A stretch of DNA of 64,000 bases, taken from IMG/VR virus record IMGVR_UViG_3300021376_000029, positions 1 through 64,000 of that record; one strand, given 5' to 3'. This DNA comes from a virus. The stretch's first letter is position 1, and every line of letters begins with the position of its first letter. Shown here one piece after another: positions 9,842-19,346 of the stretch. The notes beneath the pieces are model-generated. The model worked only from the letters and a program-made list of their open reading frames with translations, was not told where the DNA came from and made no database searches. The position numbers and the translations under genes were made by a program.

Positions 9842-10996
9842 TTACTTAGAATAACGAGCGATTGCTTGTACATAAGCAGCCATATGAGCAGGAACTTCCT
9901 GTTCAATTACAGGCTCAGATGCTTCAGCACTTTCAGTAATTTGAGTTTTGGGGAAATAATTTTCCTTAATAGTCTCAATCTTTTCACGATAAGTTTCCTC
10001 ATCGGTAAACTCTACACCCTCTGAGAGAGATGCAAGTTTTTCTTTCTGAGTATCTGCAAGACCTTGTGATACTTCAACAACGATTGACTCTTTGATGAAG
10101 TCTCCCAGTGCAGAATTCAGTTCAATATTTTTTTCAATTTGTTCGTTGAGTTTTTGTTCCATCTCATCAAGTTTTTCTGTCATACCCTCAACCATGTCAT
10201 ACTTCTCTTCAGGAATGTCCATGTAGTGCTCTACAAAAACTTCCTTCAGTGCTGACATAAACGATTCTGCGATCTCGGTGCGAACACCATGATCAACAGC
10301 GAGTTTATTATCCTGAATCCATTGCTCTACAACGTAATTAAGGAAAGCGTCAACCTTAGCTGTCATTTCCTCTTTTGTCACTTCAATTTGCTCATTCAGT
10401 TGAGCAGCATACTGCTCTTCAAGTTTCTCAATTTCTTCATTGATCTTAGAAACAAGAGCAGCTTCAAAAATAGTAGTTGCTTTTTCTTTGAACTCTTCTG
10501 AAAGATCTTCGCCGTTTACCAGAGCATTTACATCTGCAGTAACGTCAACATCTTCTTTCTTAAGCATTTTTTTAACAAGTTTCTTATCTTCCTTCCCGTC
10601 CTCGCACTCTGTCTCCTCTTTTTTAAGAGTTGGCATTGCGTCCCCGCCACCACGGGTGGTTCCTTTTCCACCACGATCACCTGGGAATGATGAACCCAAT
10701 TTAGGCATTGGGTCTTGTCCACCCTCACCCGAATTAACTTGAGTTCTGGACTTTTTGACAGGAGCTGCTGCCTTAGCGCCAGAGTTTTCAAACTTACCAT
10801 TATACTCAGCAGATGAACCTGCTGCCATGGGTTCTACGTTAGCAACAGCAACTTCGGACCCAGAAGCACTTGGAAGATGTGATTTCTCTGCGGGTGCAGC
10901 ACCAGCAGTTACAGCATTTTTCATTTCTGTAACGGTCTCCGTATCAATATTGTCTGATACGAACTCCTCAAATTTCTCGTTTAACGAATTTGCCAT
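9842..10996 (-). CDS. gp22: Prohead core scaffold protein
   Basis: LSEEFKEKATTIFEAA, acidic coiled coil, KENYF; between gp21 and gp23. Confidence 0.95.
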   Translation of the reverse strand: MANSLNEKFEEFVSDNIDTETVTEMKNAVTAGAAPAEKSHLPSASGSEVAVANVEPMAAGSSAEYNGKFENSGAKAAAPVKKSRTQVNSGEGGQDPMPKLGSSFPGDRGGKGTTRGGGDAMPTLKKEETECEDGKEDKKLVKKMLKKEDVDVTADVNALVNGEDLSEEFKEKATTIFEAALVSKINEEIEKLEEQYAAQLNEQIEVTKEEMTAKVDAFLNYVVEQWIQDNKLAVDHGVRTEIAESFMSALKEVFVEHYMDIPEEKYDMVEGMTEKLDEMEQKLNEQIEKNIELNSALGDFIKESIVVEVSQGLADTQKEKLASLSEGVEFTDEETYREKIETIKENYFPKTQITESAEASEPVIEQEVPAHMAAYVQAIARYSK

Positions 10997-11034
10997 TAAA
11001 ATTACCCCTACGGATACTTTGATTTTCTAATACT

Positions 11035-11040
11035 TATTTA
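11035..11040 (-). promoter_or_regulatory. Late promoter (TAAATA) for gp22
   Basis: AATAAATA upstream of the start codon. Confidence 0.7.
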
Positions 11041-11046
11041 TTAATT

Positions 11047-11691
11047 TTATAAGTTAAACAGAAGTTTTTCAAACGACTCAAGGATTTTGCCCTCAAGTTG
11101 ATTGCGTGAAACTCTATCTAACTCTTCTTTAACTCTTTGAATTTCAGCTTCTTTAAGAAGACCATTATCCCATACCCACTCCTTTCCTTCCATGATTCCA
11201 TTTACAAAAGCATCTGGAGCAGAAGGATCTGCTACAATATCTGCAGCAGTAGTGAGCATAAAATCATCACGAACATAATTAGAACCACCTTTAGATTCCA
11301 AACTGCCAACACCTCTAGAAGAAACTCCTAGTTGAACACCTTCACGCAGAAGGTTCTTGGCAATACTACCCATCGGGGTTTCAAGTAATTTTGCTTTGCC
11401 GATGAAGTTGGAACCATCTTGATAAAGTTCTACAATTTTATGAGATACTCTATCAAGATTAATAGTGGGTCCATCAGGGTGACCTAGTTCACCGAGAGCA
11501 CGAGATTTTTCAATATAATTTGAATTATAGTTAGTTACCTCACGCTGGAGAACAGGCATAGGATATACACGACCATTACGGTTCTTAATATCCCCCTGCA
11601 GGAATACTCCCTGAATATATGTATATTCTTTTCCGTCCTTCTCTTCTGTGAGGAACTGAATGTCCTCAATGTGTTCTACAATAAGTTTCAT
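11047..11691 (-). CDS. gp21: Prohead protease
   Basis: NRNGRVYP, ALGELGHP, GVSSRGVGS, DIVADPSAPDA. Confidence 0.97.
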   Translation of the reverse strand: MKLIVEHIEDIQFLTEEKDGKEYTYIQGVFLQGDIKNRNGRVYPMPVLQREVTNYNSNYIEKSRALGELGHPDGPTINLDRVSHKIVELYQDGSNFIGKAKLLETPMGSIAKNLLREGVQLGVSSRGVGSLESKGGSNYVRDDFMLTTAADIVADPSAPDAFVNGIMEGKEWVWDNGLLKEAEIQRVKEELDRVSRNQLEGKILESFEKLLFNL

Positions 11692-11888
11692 TGGTTTTCT
11701 TCGGTGGGTTCTTCCTCAGTTTCTTCTTCAGATTCTTCTGCAGAATTCATCAGTTGTGATGCATACTCCTTCTTATAACGATCAAGTTGCTCTACAGATT
11801 TTTGATAGAGTAGATCAATCACTTCATCAGCAGCATCAGAGTTTTGTCCAGAGACAATTTTATCAATTAATTCTTTAGTAACAGACAT
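11688..11888 (-). CDS. Small acidic prohead core protein (gp67-like position)
   Basis: Between gp20 and gp21, acidic C-terminus, TAAATA at 11912-11917. Confidence 0.7.
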   Translation of the reverse strand: MSVTKELIDKIVSGQNSDAADEVIDLLYQKSVEQLDRYKKEYASQLMNSAEESEEETEEEPTEENQ

Positions 11889-11914
11889 AGTTATATTGTG
11901 GATGTGTTAATTAT

Positions 11915-13561
11915 TTAGTTTTCTAACTCTTTATTGTTAATTTTTTTTGGCGTTTGTGCTTTCAAAGAATCTTTTGTTTTAGTTTCTTTGGGTCCATTTT
12001 TAGGTGGAGGTGGTGCCATTGGGTCTTGCTCTACAGGTGCAACAGGAATATCCATAAGTTCACCAGATGTTTTTTCTTTCTTAATTTGGTTTGCTATATC
12101 AATAATTTCCTGTTCAGTTTGTTGCAGAATTTGACGCTTGATATAATCATTAGAATAATAAACACCAAGGAAAGGTTGCATTTGATTGACGAGATTTAAA
12201 CGCTCGTTAATCATTTCAATTTCTTTCAGTTCAGTAAAATGATTATCAAATAGGAAGTCATATTGAATATGCTCTTCCATAAATTCCCAATCATCTGTGG
12301 TAATGACACCTTTTAAAACTAATTGAGTTTTTAACATATCATTAAACAAATGTGCAAATTGCTTACGCAGTCTGCCCACAAATTTAATGAACTTAAGTTC
12401 ATCACGTAGGATTTCATTAGAACGACCTAGACTAAATCCCTTTTCCTCGCCTACGCGAGATGGAGGGAGGTTCAGCGATTTATAAAGTTTTTTAAGGAAA
12501 TACTCAACGTCCTTCAGTTCTCCAAGATTTTGAGCACCAGGAAGTGTAGTAATTTCCGTACCTCTGCCACCCTCACGACGAGGTAACCAGAAATCTTCAA
12601 GCATACTCATAAATTTCTTGTCATCACGAATCTCGCCTGTACTTGCATCATATACAAGTTTGTTTCTATAGCGAGACATAACCTCTCTGAGGTATTGTTC
12701 TGCTTTGACTTTAGGTAGATTACCTACATCAATGTAAAAAATTCTACGCTCTGGGGCACGAGACATACGATAGATAACCAGAGAATCTTCAATCATTCTC
12801 AGTTGGTTAACTGCCTTTAGTGCCTTATGAAGATATGATAAAGGAATGTTCATGTTCAAATCCATCAGACCTGAAGGAACAAATGTGATAGCATCAAGGG
12901 AAATCTTGATTCCCATATGATCACGAGGACCTTGTACCGTAGAAGTACTAGTAAAAATACCTTTTGGATTAAACAGATAATATTCTTTTACATCACCAAA
13001 ATCTACTTTTGCTTGTTCCTGAGTAGGAGGAGTTACTGGTTTCTTGACCTCCCTCATTTTCTTGATCTTCAGGGGATCAATATAACGGAGTTCTTTAATA
13101 CCTTCTGTAGGTTTGTTGACATCAATTACTTTATGATAATACATTCTGCCATCAATGTACCAGCGACGGAACAACTGGTAGCATTTTTTGTCAAACTGTA
13201 AAAGTCTTTTAATTTCTTTAAATTCTTCACGAATTCTTTTTTTGATTGAATCACTAATTTCCAGATTAGAAAGTTCAATTTCCACTGGGGAATCATCACC
13301 ATCTGCTACAATAGCTTCGTTAACAACTTCGTCAATTGCTGAGTCAACTTCAGGATGCAGTGATACTTCACGATATTTACGAATCATCTCAAATTCATTT
13401 TTTGAAATACCCTCAATATCAACATATTGACCGTAATAACCCCCAGCGGAGATTGTTACGGTCCCATCATCGTTATTAGGAGCAACAGGAGAAAGTAACC
13501 CCTGCTGCTTCTTTTTCTTTTCGTTATCTTTATCTAAAGAAAACCCAAACAATTCTGCCAT
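11915..13561 (-). CDS. gp20: Portal protein
   Basis: MAELFGF, RRWYIDGR, YRMSRAPERRIFYIDVGNLP, EDFWLPRREGGRGTEI. Confidence 0.99.
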   Translation of the reverse strand: MAELFGFSLDKDNEKKKKQQGLLSPVAPNNDDGTVTISAGGYYGQYVDIEGISKNEFEMIRKYREVSLHPEVDSAIDEVVNEAIVADGDDSPVEIELSNLEISDSIKKRIREEFKEIKRLLQFDKKCYQLFRRWYIDGRMYYHKVIDVNKPTEGIKELRYIDPLKIKKMREVKKPVTPPTQEQAKVDFGDVKEYYLFNPKGIFTSTSTVQGPRDHMGIKISLDAITFVPSGLMDLNMNIPLSYLHKALKAVNQLRMIEDSLVIYRMSRAPERRIFYIDVGNLPKVKAEQYLREVMSRYRNKLVYDASTGEIRDDKKFMSMLEDFWLPRREGGRGTEITTLPGAQNLGELKDVEYFLKKLYKSLNLPPSRVGEEKGFSLGRSNEILRDELKFIKFVGRLRKQFAHLFNDMLKTQLVLKGVITTDDWEFMEEHIQYDFLFDNHFTELKEIEMINERLNLVNQMQPFLGVYYSNDYIKRQILQQTEQEIIDIANQIKKEKTSGELMDIPVAPVEQDPMAPPPPKNGPKETKTKDSLKAQTPKKINNKELEN

Positions 13562-13593
13562 AGTATAGAGATAAAACTACTTTTTACTGTAGT

Positions 13594-13599
13594 TATTTA
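13594..13599 (-). promoter_or_regulatory. Late promoter (TAAATA) for gp20
   Basis: ATAAATA immediately after the gp19 stop. Confidence 0.7.
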
Positions 13600-14211
13600 T
13601 CAGATCCCGCTGCTACCATTAATTTCAGCACCCGCTGCTCCAGCACCATTCTTTGATTCCCACCAGTCGTATTGGAACTCTACTGTATATTCAGCAATGG
13701 TATTATTGTTGTCATAGGACAAATCAATCTGAGATACATTAGTTGGGAATGCATTTTTAAATGTATACTCTTTGATAACTTTATGAGGATCAGCAGTATT
13801 TGCTCCTGTTGAAGTACCTCTAGCTAATTGCTCAACTCTTAATGTTGCAGCAAAGTTGGTAGTATAACCAGCACCGTTATCATGCTTGTTAAGATGATCC
13901 ATCCATTTTTCAAAGAATGATCTGACTGACATATTTTCGTCAGCCATGATAGTGACGGTCCATGATTCAAATGTTCTGTCACCAGGAAGTTTAATTACTC
14001 TTCCTCTAAATGGAACTTCTACAGTTCCAATAGAAGCAGCTGGGATTCCTGCGGAACGACAAAGAAATGTAAACTTTGGATCTGTTCCTTTTACATCAGT
14101 ACTTGCAGCAATACCACTGATACTAGAACCTAAATCTGCTACAGAAACCATGAAAAGATTTGGTCTAATACCATAACCAATTTTTTCTTTGAATAAACTT
14201 AAGTTTGCCAT
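13600..14211 (-). CDS. gp19: Tail tube protein
   Basis: RPNLF, VPFRGR, GDRTFESWTVT, AFPTNVSQIDLSYD, EYTVEFQYDWW. Confidence 0.97.
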   Translation of the reverse strand: MANLSLFKEKIGYGIRPNLFMVSVADLGSSISGIAASTDVKGTDPKFTFLCRSAGIPAASIGTVEVPFRGRVIKLPGDRTFESWTVTIMADENMSVRSFFEKWMDHLNKHDNGAGYTTNFAATLRVEQLARGTSTGANTADPHKVIKEYTFKNAFPTNVSQIDLSYDNNNTIAEYTVEFQYDWWESKNGAGAAGAEINGSSGI

Positions 14212-14232
14212 TGTTTGATTACTCCTTGTAAG

Positions 14233-14238
14233 TATTTA
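14233..14238 (-). promoter_or_regulatory. Late promoter (TAAATA) for gp19
   Basis: AATAAATA followed by an AGGAG RBS. Confidence 0.7.
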
Positions 14239-14247
14239 TTTTGTTAA

Positions 14248-16200
14248 TCAAACTCTACCAACTACTTCGTCAAAACTTACACCCGTGCGTGTGGCAACGA
14301 ATGTCAGGGTGATGAAGTTAATTGAACGAGATGGTTTTACATAGATGTCAGCAATAAATTCATTTCTATCAATAACATCTGGTGTGTTATTGGAAGCATC
14401 GGCAACAACAAGGAAATCAGTCATACCTCTTCTTGCCTGTACTTCACTCAAATAATTAGTTACCTGGGTGGTAAAATTATTACGAGTCGTTTCATCATTT
14501 AATTCAAACAGAACATTCTTGGAGAAATCTTTAATTGTTCTTTCCAGAATAAGGAACAGACGACGGACGTTAATTCTATCAAAAGCAGAAGGACTACGAA
14601 GTGCGGTCTTATCGCCAAAGAGAACAATTCCTTGACCAGGGAATGAAACGATAGGGTTTACACGTTTTGCATAAAGTTCATCTCTCTGATCTTTAGTTGG
14701 GTTGAATGCAATCTTAACAGCATTACGAATATTGCCTCTGTTGAAACCAGCTGGTGAATACCAGGGTTCTGAAACAGTAGCAGTATTCACACAAAGTCCA
14801 GCAACATCAGCATTTGTTGGAATCCAACGGAAAGTATCATTAAAACGATCATAAATGTACTTATAGTTGTTATCAAATACTGCATAAGAAGAACTATCAC
14901 TAATTCCCTCAAAGAAAGCAACTACGTTATTTTTTTGCGCTGTTGTGCTAGATGCATCACTACCAATTACATCAGATCTTTTTGGTGAAATAAATGCAAT
15001 ACAATCTTTTCTTGTTGTTGCAAGATTGATTAATGTATTTGCCTTTGAAGCAGTTATAGGACCAGCAAGAATATAATCAAGTTGAAGAGTCTCAACGTCT
15101 GAGAATACATCTAGATAAGTTTGTGTTTCATTTCCTACATTATAATTTTGATAATCTGAACCTGCTGAAAAATCATATGATTTTGGTCCAAGTAATTTAA
15201 AGTTAGAACTTGCGCTAGAAACTTCAGTAATTGATACAGAACCTGCTGGTTCATAATCATAAGATGTTTCATGTGCTCCAGAATAAACATACTTAGAACG
15301 ACCTTTGATTACTCTCTTATAAAAATTATTTTCACCTTCAGTTGTTTTTGCATCAAATGCTTTTGAAACATATAAGATTTTTTCTAAAATAGTATTTGAC
15401 GCTCCAGTAATAGAACCATCGTCATCAATTATTACTACATGGACTTCATCATTTTTACCATTTTTTGATGCTGCAAATGGAGAAGTTCCTGGACGAGGAG
15501 CAATTGAATTCCACTTAATCAATCCTGGAATTACAGTTTGCTCATCATACCAATCAGTCGCTGCTGAAACTGTAGTACCAGAAACTGAATCATTAGCAGC
15601 AAATTTTGCTGATCCAGTATCAAGAACTACTGCTACTTTTGTAGTGTCGCTATTATTTGTTTGGTAAACTTTTCCTGATTTGCTGCCACTGGTAATTGAA
15701 TCACCTTGAGTAAAGGATACACCAGATGCCAAGGTTAAAATTTGATCAGCACCAGCATCAATGATGCAAACCTTCAAACCGTTTCCCCACGTACCTGGAG
15801 TTTTTGCAACATACTTGTAACTTGGAGTTGTGTTCTCTACGCTTGTCTCATATACCGAAAGATTATTTACTTTGATACTAGAAACTCCACTTGCAACTGC
15901 ACCAGTGGAATTTGCATTTGTCAAATAAGAAGCATTTGCTGAAGAGATTCTTGCTACCTGAAGATTACCGCCATAGTTTAAAAACTCTGATGCAGTAAAC
16001 CACCACTCATAATTATCACTCGTTGGTTTACCAAAATTTTCTACCAATTCTTTCTCGTTTGTAATAAGTTTTGCTATGCCTACTTCACCTTTTGTGAAAG
16101 GACCAGCAATAGCTGCCACATTAGTAATCGTTTCCTGGAGGCGTGAGTTGGTAAAGTCACGCTCCTGAACAATAATACCTGGCGATGTTTGTGATGCCAT
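14248..16200 (-). CDS. gp18: Tail sheath protein
   Basis: SPGIIVQERD, PWYSPAGFNRG, FDRINVRRLF, YVKPSRSINFI. Confidence 0.98.
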   Translation of the reverse strand: MASQTSPGIIVQERDFTNSRLQETITNVAAIAGPFTKGEVGIAKLITNEKELVENFGKPTSDNYEWWFTASEFLNYGGNLQVARISSANASYLTNANSTGAVASGVSSIKVNNLSVYETSVENTTPSYKYVAKTPGTWGNGLKVCIIDAGADQILTLASGVSFTQGDSITSGSKSGKVYQTNNSDTTKVAVVLDTGSAKFAANDSVSGTTVSAATDWYDEQTVIPGLIKWNSIAPRPGTSPFAASKNGKNDEVHVVIIDDDGSITGASNTILEKILYVSKAFDAKTTEGENNFYKRVIKGRSKYVYSGAHETSYDYEPAGSVSITEVSSASSNFKLLGPKSYDFSAGSDYQNYNVGNETQTYLDVFSDVETLQLDYILAGPITASKANTLINLATTRKDCIAFISPKRSDVIGSDASSTTAQKNNVVAFFEGISDSSSYAVFDNNYKYIYDRFNDTFRWIPTNADVAGLCVNTATVSEPWYSPAGFNRGNIRNAVKIAFNPTKDQRDELYAKRVNPIVSFPGQGIVLFGDKTALRSPSAFDRINVRRLFLILERTIKDFSKNVLFELNDETTRNNFTTQVTNYLSEVQARRGMTDFLVVADASNNTPDVIDRNEFIADIYVKPSRSINFITLTFVATRTGVSFDEVVGRV

Positions 16201-16235
16201 CTTTTACCCCTAAAGTTCAGATTTTATTCTAAACT

Positions 16236-16243
16236 TATTTATA
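16236..16243 (-). promoter_or_regulatory. Late promoter TATAAATA for gp18
   Basis: Exact consensus. Confidence 0.85.
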
Positions 16244-16255
16244 AATTACTCTATT

Positions 16256-17926
16256 TCAGAGGTAGGTTGCCATGTAAGTGAATTCGCTTGCTACATCTCC
16301 GTATTCATCTAGATACCAACGGTCTCCATCTACATCCACAAAACTTTTCTCTTCATCGTTAATACCATCAGAGATAAAACCAAAAGGTGACATATCTTGT
16401 TCAATTTGATTTTTCTGTTCTTCGTAGATTCTTTGACGAACATCATTGTCCGTCATTTCTTTAAAATAATCTTGGACTGCCAACCAACAAAAGATTACCA
16501 AACACATTGCAAGGTCATCATGACAACCCTCTTCTGCTTCAAATGAATTATTTTTCTGAATAAATGTCGTTAGTTCTGCGATAGTAGCATAGTCTGGAAT
16601 TACCAGTTTATCATCTTCAATAAATGTTTTTAAGTTCAGACATCCAACCTTCTTAACAGTCTTAGACATTTTCACACCCAACTGTGTTTTCTTTCCAGAA
16701 AATCCTGTGCCTACAATTTGTCCTGCACGACCTCTCATTGCACACATAAGTACGTGGTCATACTCAAGATCAAAGTGAATCATCCCAGCAACTTGGTCAC
16801 CAATATCATTAACCTCTGTTAGGATGTATGCTTTGTTATAAGACCTAGCAAGTTCTACAATAATATTTGGAAAAAGTATTGGTTTAATTTCGTTGTTTTT
16901 ATATCTTGCTACTAATTTATAAGGAAATTTTGTGATATCAAAGATCAAGAACGCAGAGTAATCATTTCCTACACCACGAGCAACGTCAACAGTGACAATA
17001 TAATCATGTTCTTTTTGTGGTTCTTCATAAACTACTAGACCTTTTCCATTATCTTTAAGTGGATCTTCATAAACCATTGTACGAAGTTTGCTTGCAGCAA
17101 TCAAAGTATCAACAGATCCTAGGAATTCGCACTCAAATTCTTGTATGAACTGTCTCTGTGAAGTGTTTGCAATTGTTTGTTCCTTCCATTTGGCATCTCT
17201 ACCAGGAACTTGAGACCAATGAACTTCAGTCGTTACATATTCGTTCTTACCGCGCTCGGCATCATGCCAAAGTTTGTAGAACATATTCATCCCGTTTGGT
17301 GTAGAGATGATAATAACCTTTGTAGATTTACCAGACGAGATGGTAGGATATACAGACGAGAAGAACTGTTCTGCAATATGAGTTGGAACGAACGCAAATT
17401 CATCCAGGAAGATGATGTTGAATGACATTCCTCGGACAGCAGAACTTGAAGTAGATGCTGCCATGATCTTGGAACCGTTCTCAAGCTCTAGTGAACCTTT
17501 GTTCCAAGAAATAATACCTTGCTGCATCCACTTTGGCAAATTCTCATATGCCAACTGCAGTCTACCAAGCAGTTCTCTGGACGTTGATAGTTTGTTTGCC
17601 AGAATACCTATATTTACATTAGCATTAAACAACGAATAGTGTAGAAGGTAAGAGACCACTGTGGTGGATTTTCCTGTCTGACGAGGAAGTTTAGCAATAT
17701 TAAAACGATTCTCGTGGAACTTACGAATCATATCCTCCTGAAAATCCCACATTTCAAAGGGGACTAAACCTTCATCAAGAGAAACAATTTTGATATAATT
17801 TTCGGTAAAATATACGGGGTCGTTCTCACACTTCAACCACTCCTCAATCTGTTTGGGAGTAAATTGCATCTGCACATTCGCCGCTTTAAGATTAGGCGAA
17901 CCTTTGTATACTTGATTTTGACTCAT
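16256..17926 (-). CDS. gp17: Terminase large subunit
   Basis: PRQTGKST Walker A, IFLDEFAF Walker B, STPNG, DVARG, HDDL nuclease motifs. Confidence 0.99.
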   Translation of the reverse strand: MSQNQVYKGSPNLKAANVQMQFTPKQIEEWLKCENDPVYFTENYIKIVSLDEGLVPFEMWDFQEDMIRKFHENRFNIAKLPRQTGKSTTVVSYLLHYSLFNANVNIGILANKLSTSRELLGRLQLAYENLPKWMQQGIISWNKGSLELENGSKIMAASTSSSAVRGMSFNIIFLDEFAFVPTHIAEQFFSSVYPTISSGKSTKVIIISTPNGMNMFYKLWHDAERGKNEYVTTEVHWSQVPGRDAKWKEQTIANTSQRQFIQEFECEFLGSVDTLIAASKLRTMVYEDPLKDNGKGLVVYEEPQKEHDYIVTVDVARGVGNDYSAFLIFDITKFPYKLVARYKNNEIKPILFPNIIVELARSYNKAYILTEVNDIGDQVAGMIHFDLEYDHVLMCAMRGRAGQIVGTGFSGKKTQLGVKMSKTVKKVGCLNLKTFIEDDKLVIPDYATIAELTTFIQKNNSFEAEEGCHDDLAMCLVIFCWLAVQDYFKEMTDNDVRQRIYEEQKNQIEQDMSPFGFISDGINDEEKSFVDVDGDRWYLDEYGDVASEFTYMATYL

Positions 17927-18093
17927 GGTATTTGTCTAATTACTAATTTTCCAGATGGATCACCAAAAACTAATTCTTCTGGTTTTTCTACTATTATGAT
18001 TCTATTTGCTGGTATATTAATAATTTGATAAGTAACCCCACTTAAAGTTATTCCAATATCTTCATCGGTAGGGTTTTCAATTTCATAATACAT
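17923..18093 (-). CDS. 56-aa hypothetical protein missing from the ORF track
   Basis: Manual translation MYYEIENPTDEDIGITLSGVTYQIINIPANRIIIVEKPEELVFGDPSGKLVIRQIP*; fills the gap exactly, its TGA overlaps the gp17 ATG. Confidence 0.75.
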   Translation of the reverse strand: MYYEIENPTDEDIGITLSGVTYQIINIPANRIIIVEKPEELVFGDPSGKLVIRQIP

Positions 18094-18094
18094 A

Positions 18095-18619
18095 TCAACA
18101 ATTCCAAGCTCTTAGTGACTTATTGATTCTTGAATTAGGGTCTCTAGAAGTTTTCTTTGATGTAAGTTTCTTTTTCATCCCCCTCATTCTAGCGCAGAAT
18201 GATGCCCTGCGGGGATTTCCAACCTTCTTTGAAGGTGCTTTGAGGTCGCTTCCAGGATTTTCTCTTTCGTAAGATTTTCTTCCTTTTTCGTTGAGTCCTC
18301 CGTTTTTATTTTTTCCTGATGATTTTGTCCAAGCTGCTCCTTCATCTAGTTCAACAAACTCCCTAAAGGATAATTTATTTAGTTCAGGTTGAACTTCTTC
18401 GTTATATTTGCTAGACATATAATTTGCGACGGAATCCATATAATCAGTGGCAAGAGTAACTTTTGCTTGTACCCATGCTGGTATCTGCATCGTTGGAGAT
18501 TTAATTTCTTCTCTCAACCTTTTACAGTGCATCTCAAGTTGGTCTAACTGATTAAGAATCATAGAACCTTCATCATCAAGCTCTCTACCCATTGCTACAT
18601 CAATATGATTTTCGTTCAT
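18095..18619 (-). CDS. Hypothetical protein with basic C-terminal DUF6321-like domain; possible internal head protein
   Basis: AAWTxxxGKNxxGGLNEKGRKSYERENPGSDLKAP...SFCARM...RAWNC; GAGG RBS. Confidence 0.7.
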   Translation of the reverse strand: MNENHIDVAMGRELDDEGSMILNQLDQLEMHCKRLREEIKSPTMQIPAWVQAKVTLATDYMDSVANYMSSKYNEEVQPELNKLSFREFVELDEGAAWTKSSGKNKNGGLNEKGRKSYERENPGSDLKAPSKKVGNPRRASFCARMRGMKKKLTSKKTSRDPNSRINKSLRAWNC

Positions 18620-18651
18620 CTTTTTACCTCTTATTTTTTAGTAAAAATTTT

Positions 18652-18918
18652 TTATCCTAGGTAATCAACTGAAGTTGCAGAAACATCAGAACCACTATCC
18701 ACTTTTATTTTTTGGTCTGCCCTTTTACAAACTACTAAAACTGTTCCAGGGATTGAATTATAAGTTCCAATTAATGTTGTTCCGTCATTTTCATAGACAC
18801 TAATAGTTCTTGATGCATTACCTCCTGCATCATGACTAATTAAAATATCTGTTCCTGAAGCAACTACATTAGGTGTAGCGTTAAGTGTTACACCAGCTGC
18901 TAATACTTTTACTCTCAT
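18652..18918 (-). CDS. Small beta-rich hypothetical protein, probably virion-associated
   Basis: Coupled to gp16; Gly/Thr/Val-rich. Confidence 0.65.
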   Translation of the reverse strand: MRVKVLAAGVTLNATPNVVASGTDILISHDAGGNASRTISVYENDGTTLIGTYNSIPGTVLVVCKRADQKIKVDSGSDVSATSVDYLG

Positions 18919-18920
18919 TT

Positions 18921-19346
18921 TTACTTGCCTTTTTGATTATTTAGGTTTTTTGATGCGTTCTTAAGCATCTTTGCGAGGTCTGCTGTGGAACCAACAAACA
19001 TAGTATTATTGACAGTAGTAGGAGAAGATTTTTTATCTTCCGATTTAATGTCTTTCATTTTCTTTTGAAGGTCTGCTAACTTATCTGTGATATCGGCAAC
19101 ATTCTTAATCCCCTGGAATGCAACCTCGTATGCTCTGGGGTGATTGCTGCTGCGAGCAACTTCAATCAGTTCATCAATCGCAACTTGACCTTTCTGAATA
19201 AGTTCATAAAGTTCTGTGCGAGCATACTTATAATCAACATCAATATCACCCTCGTTTTCTGCGGGAGGTTGGATAGAAACCACTTCAGTTTCTACTGATT
19301 CAATATCAAAAAGGTCTTCCATATTCTCTTGAAATTTATGGTCCAT
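18921..19346 (-). CDS. gp16: Terminase small subunit
   Basis: DYKYAR, HPRAYEV, NNTMFVGSTADLAKML. Confidence 0.95.
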   Translation of the reverse strand: MDHKFQENMEDLFDIESVETEVVSIQPPAENEGDIDVDYKYARTELYELIQKGQVAIDELIEVARSSNHPRAYEVAFQGIKNVADITDKLADLQKKMKDIKSEDKKSSPTTVNNTMFVGSTADLAKMLKNASKNLNNQKGK

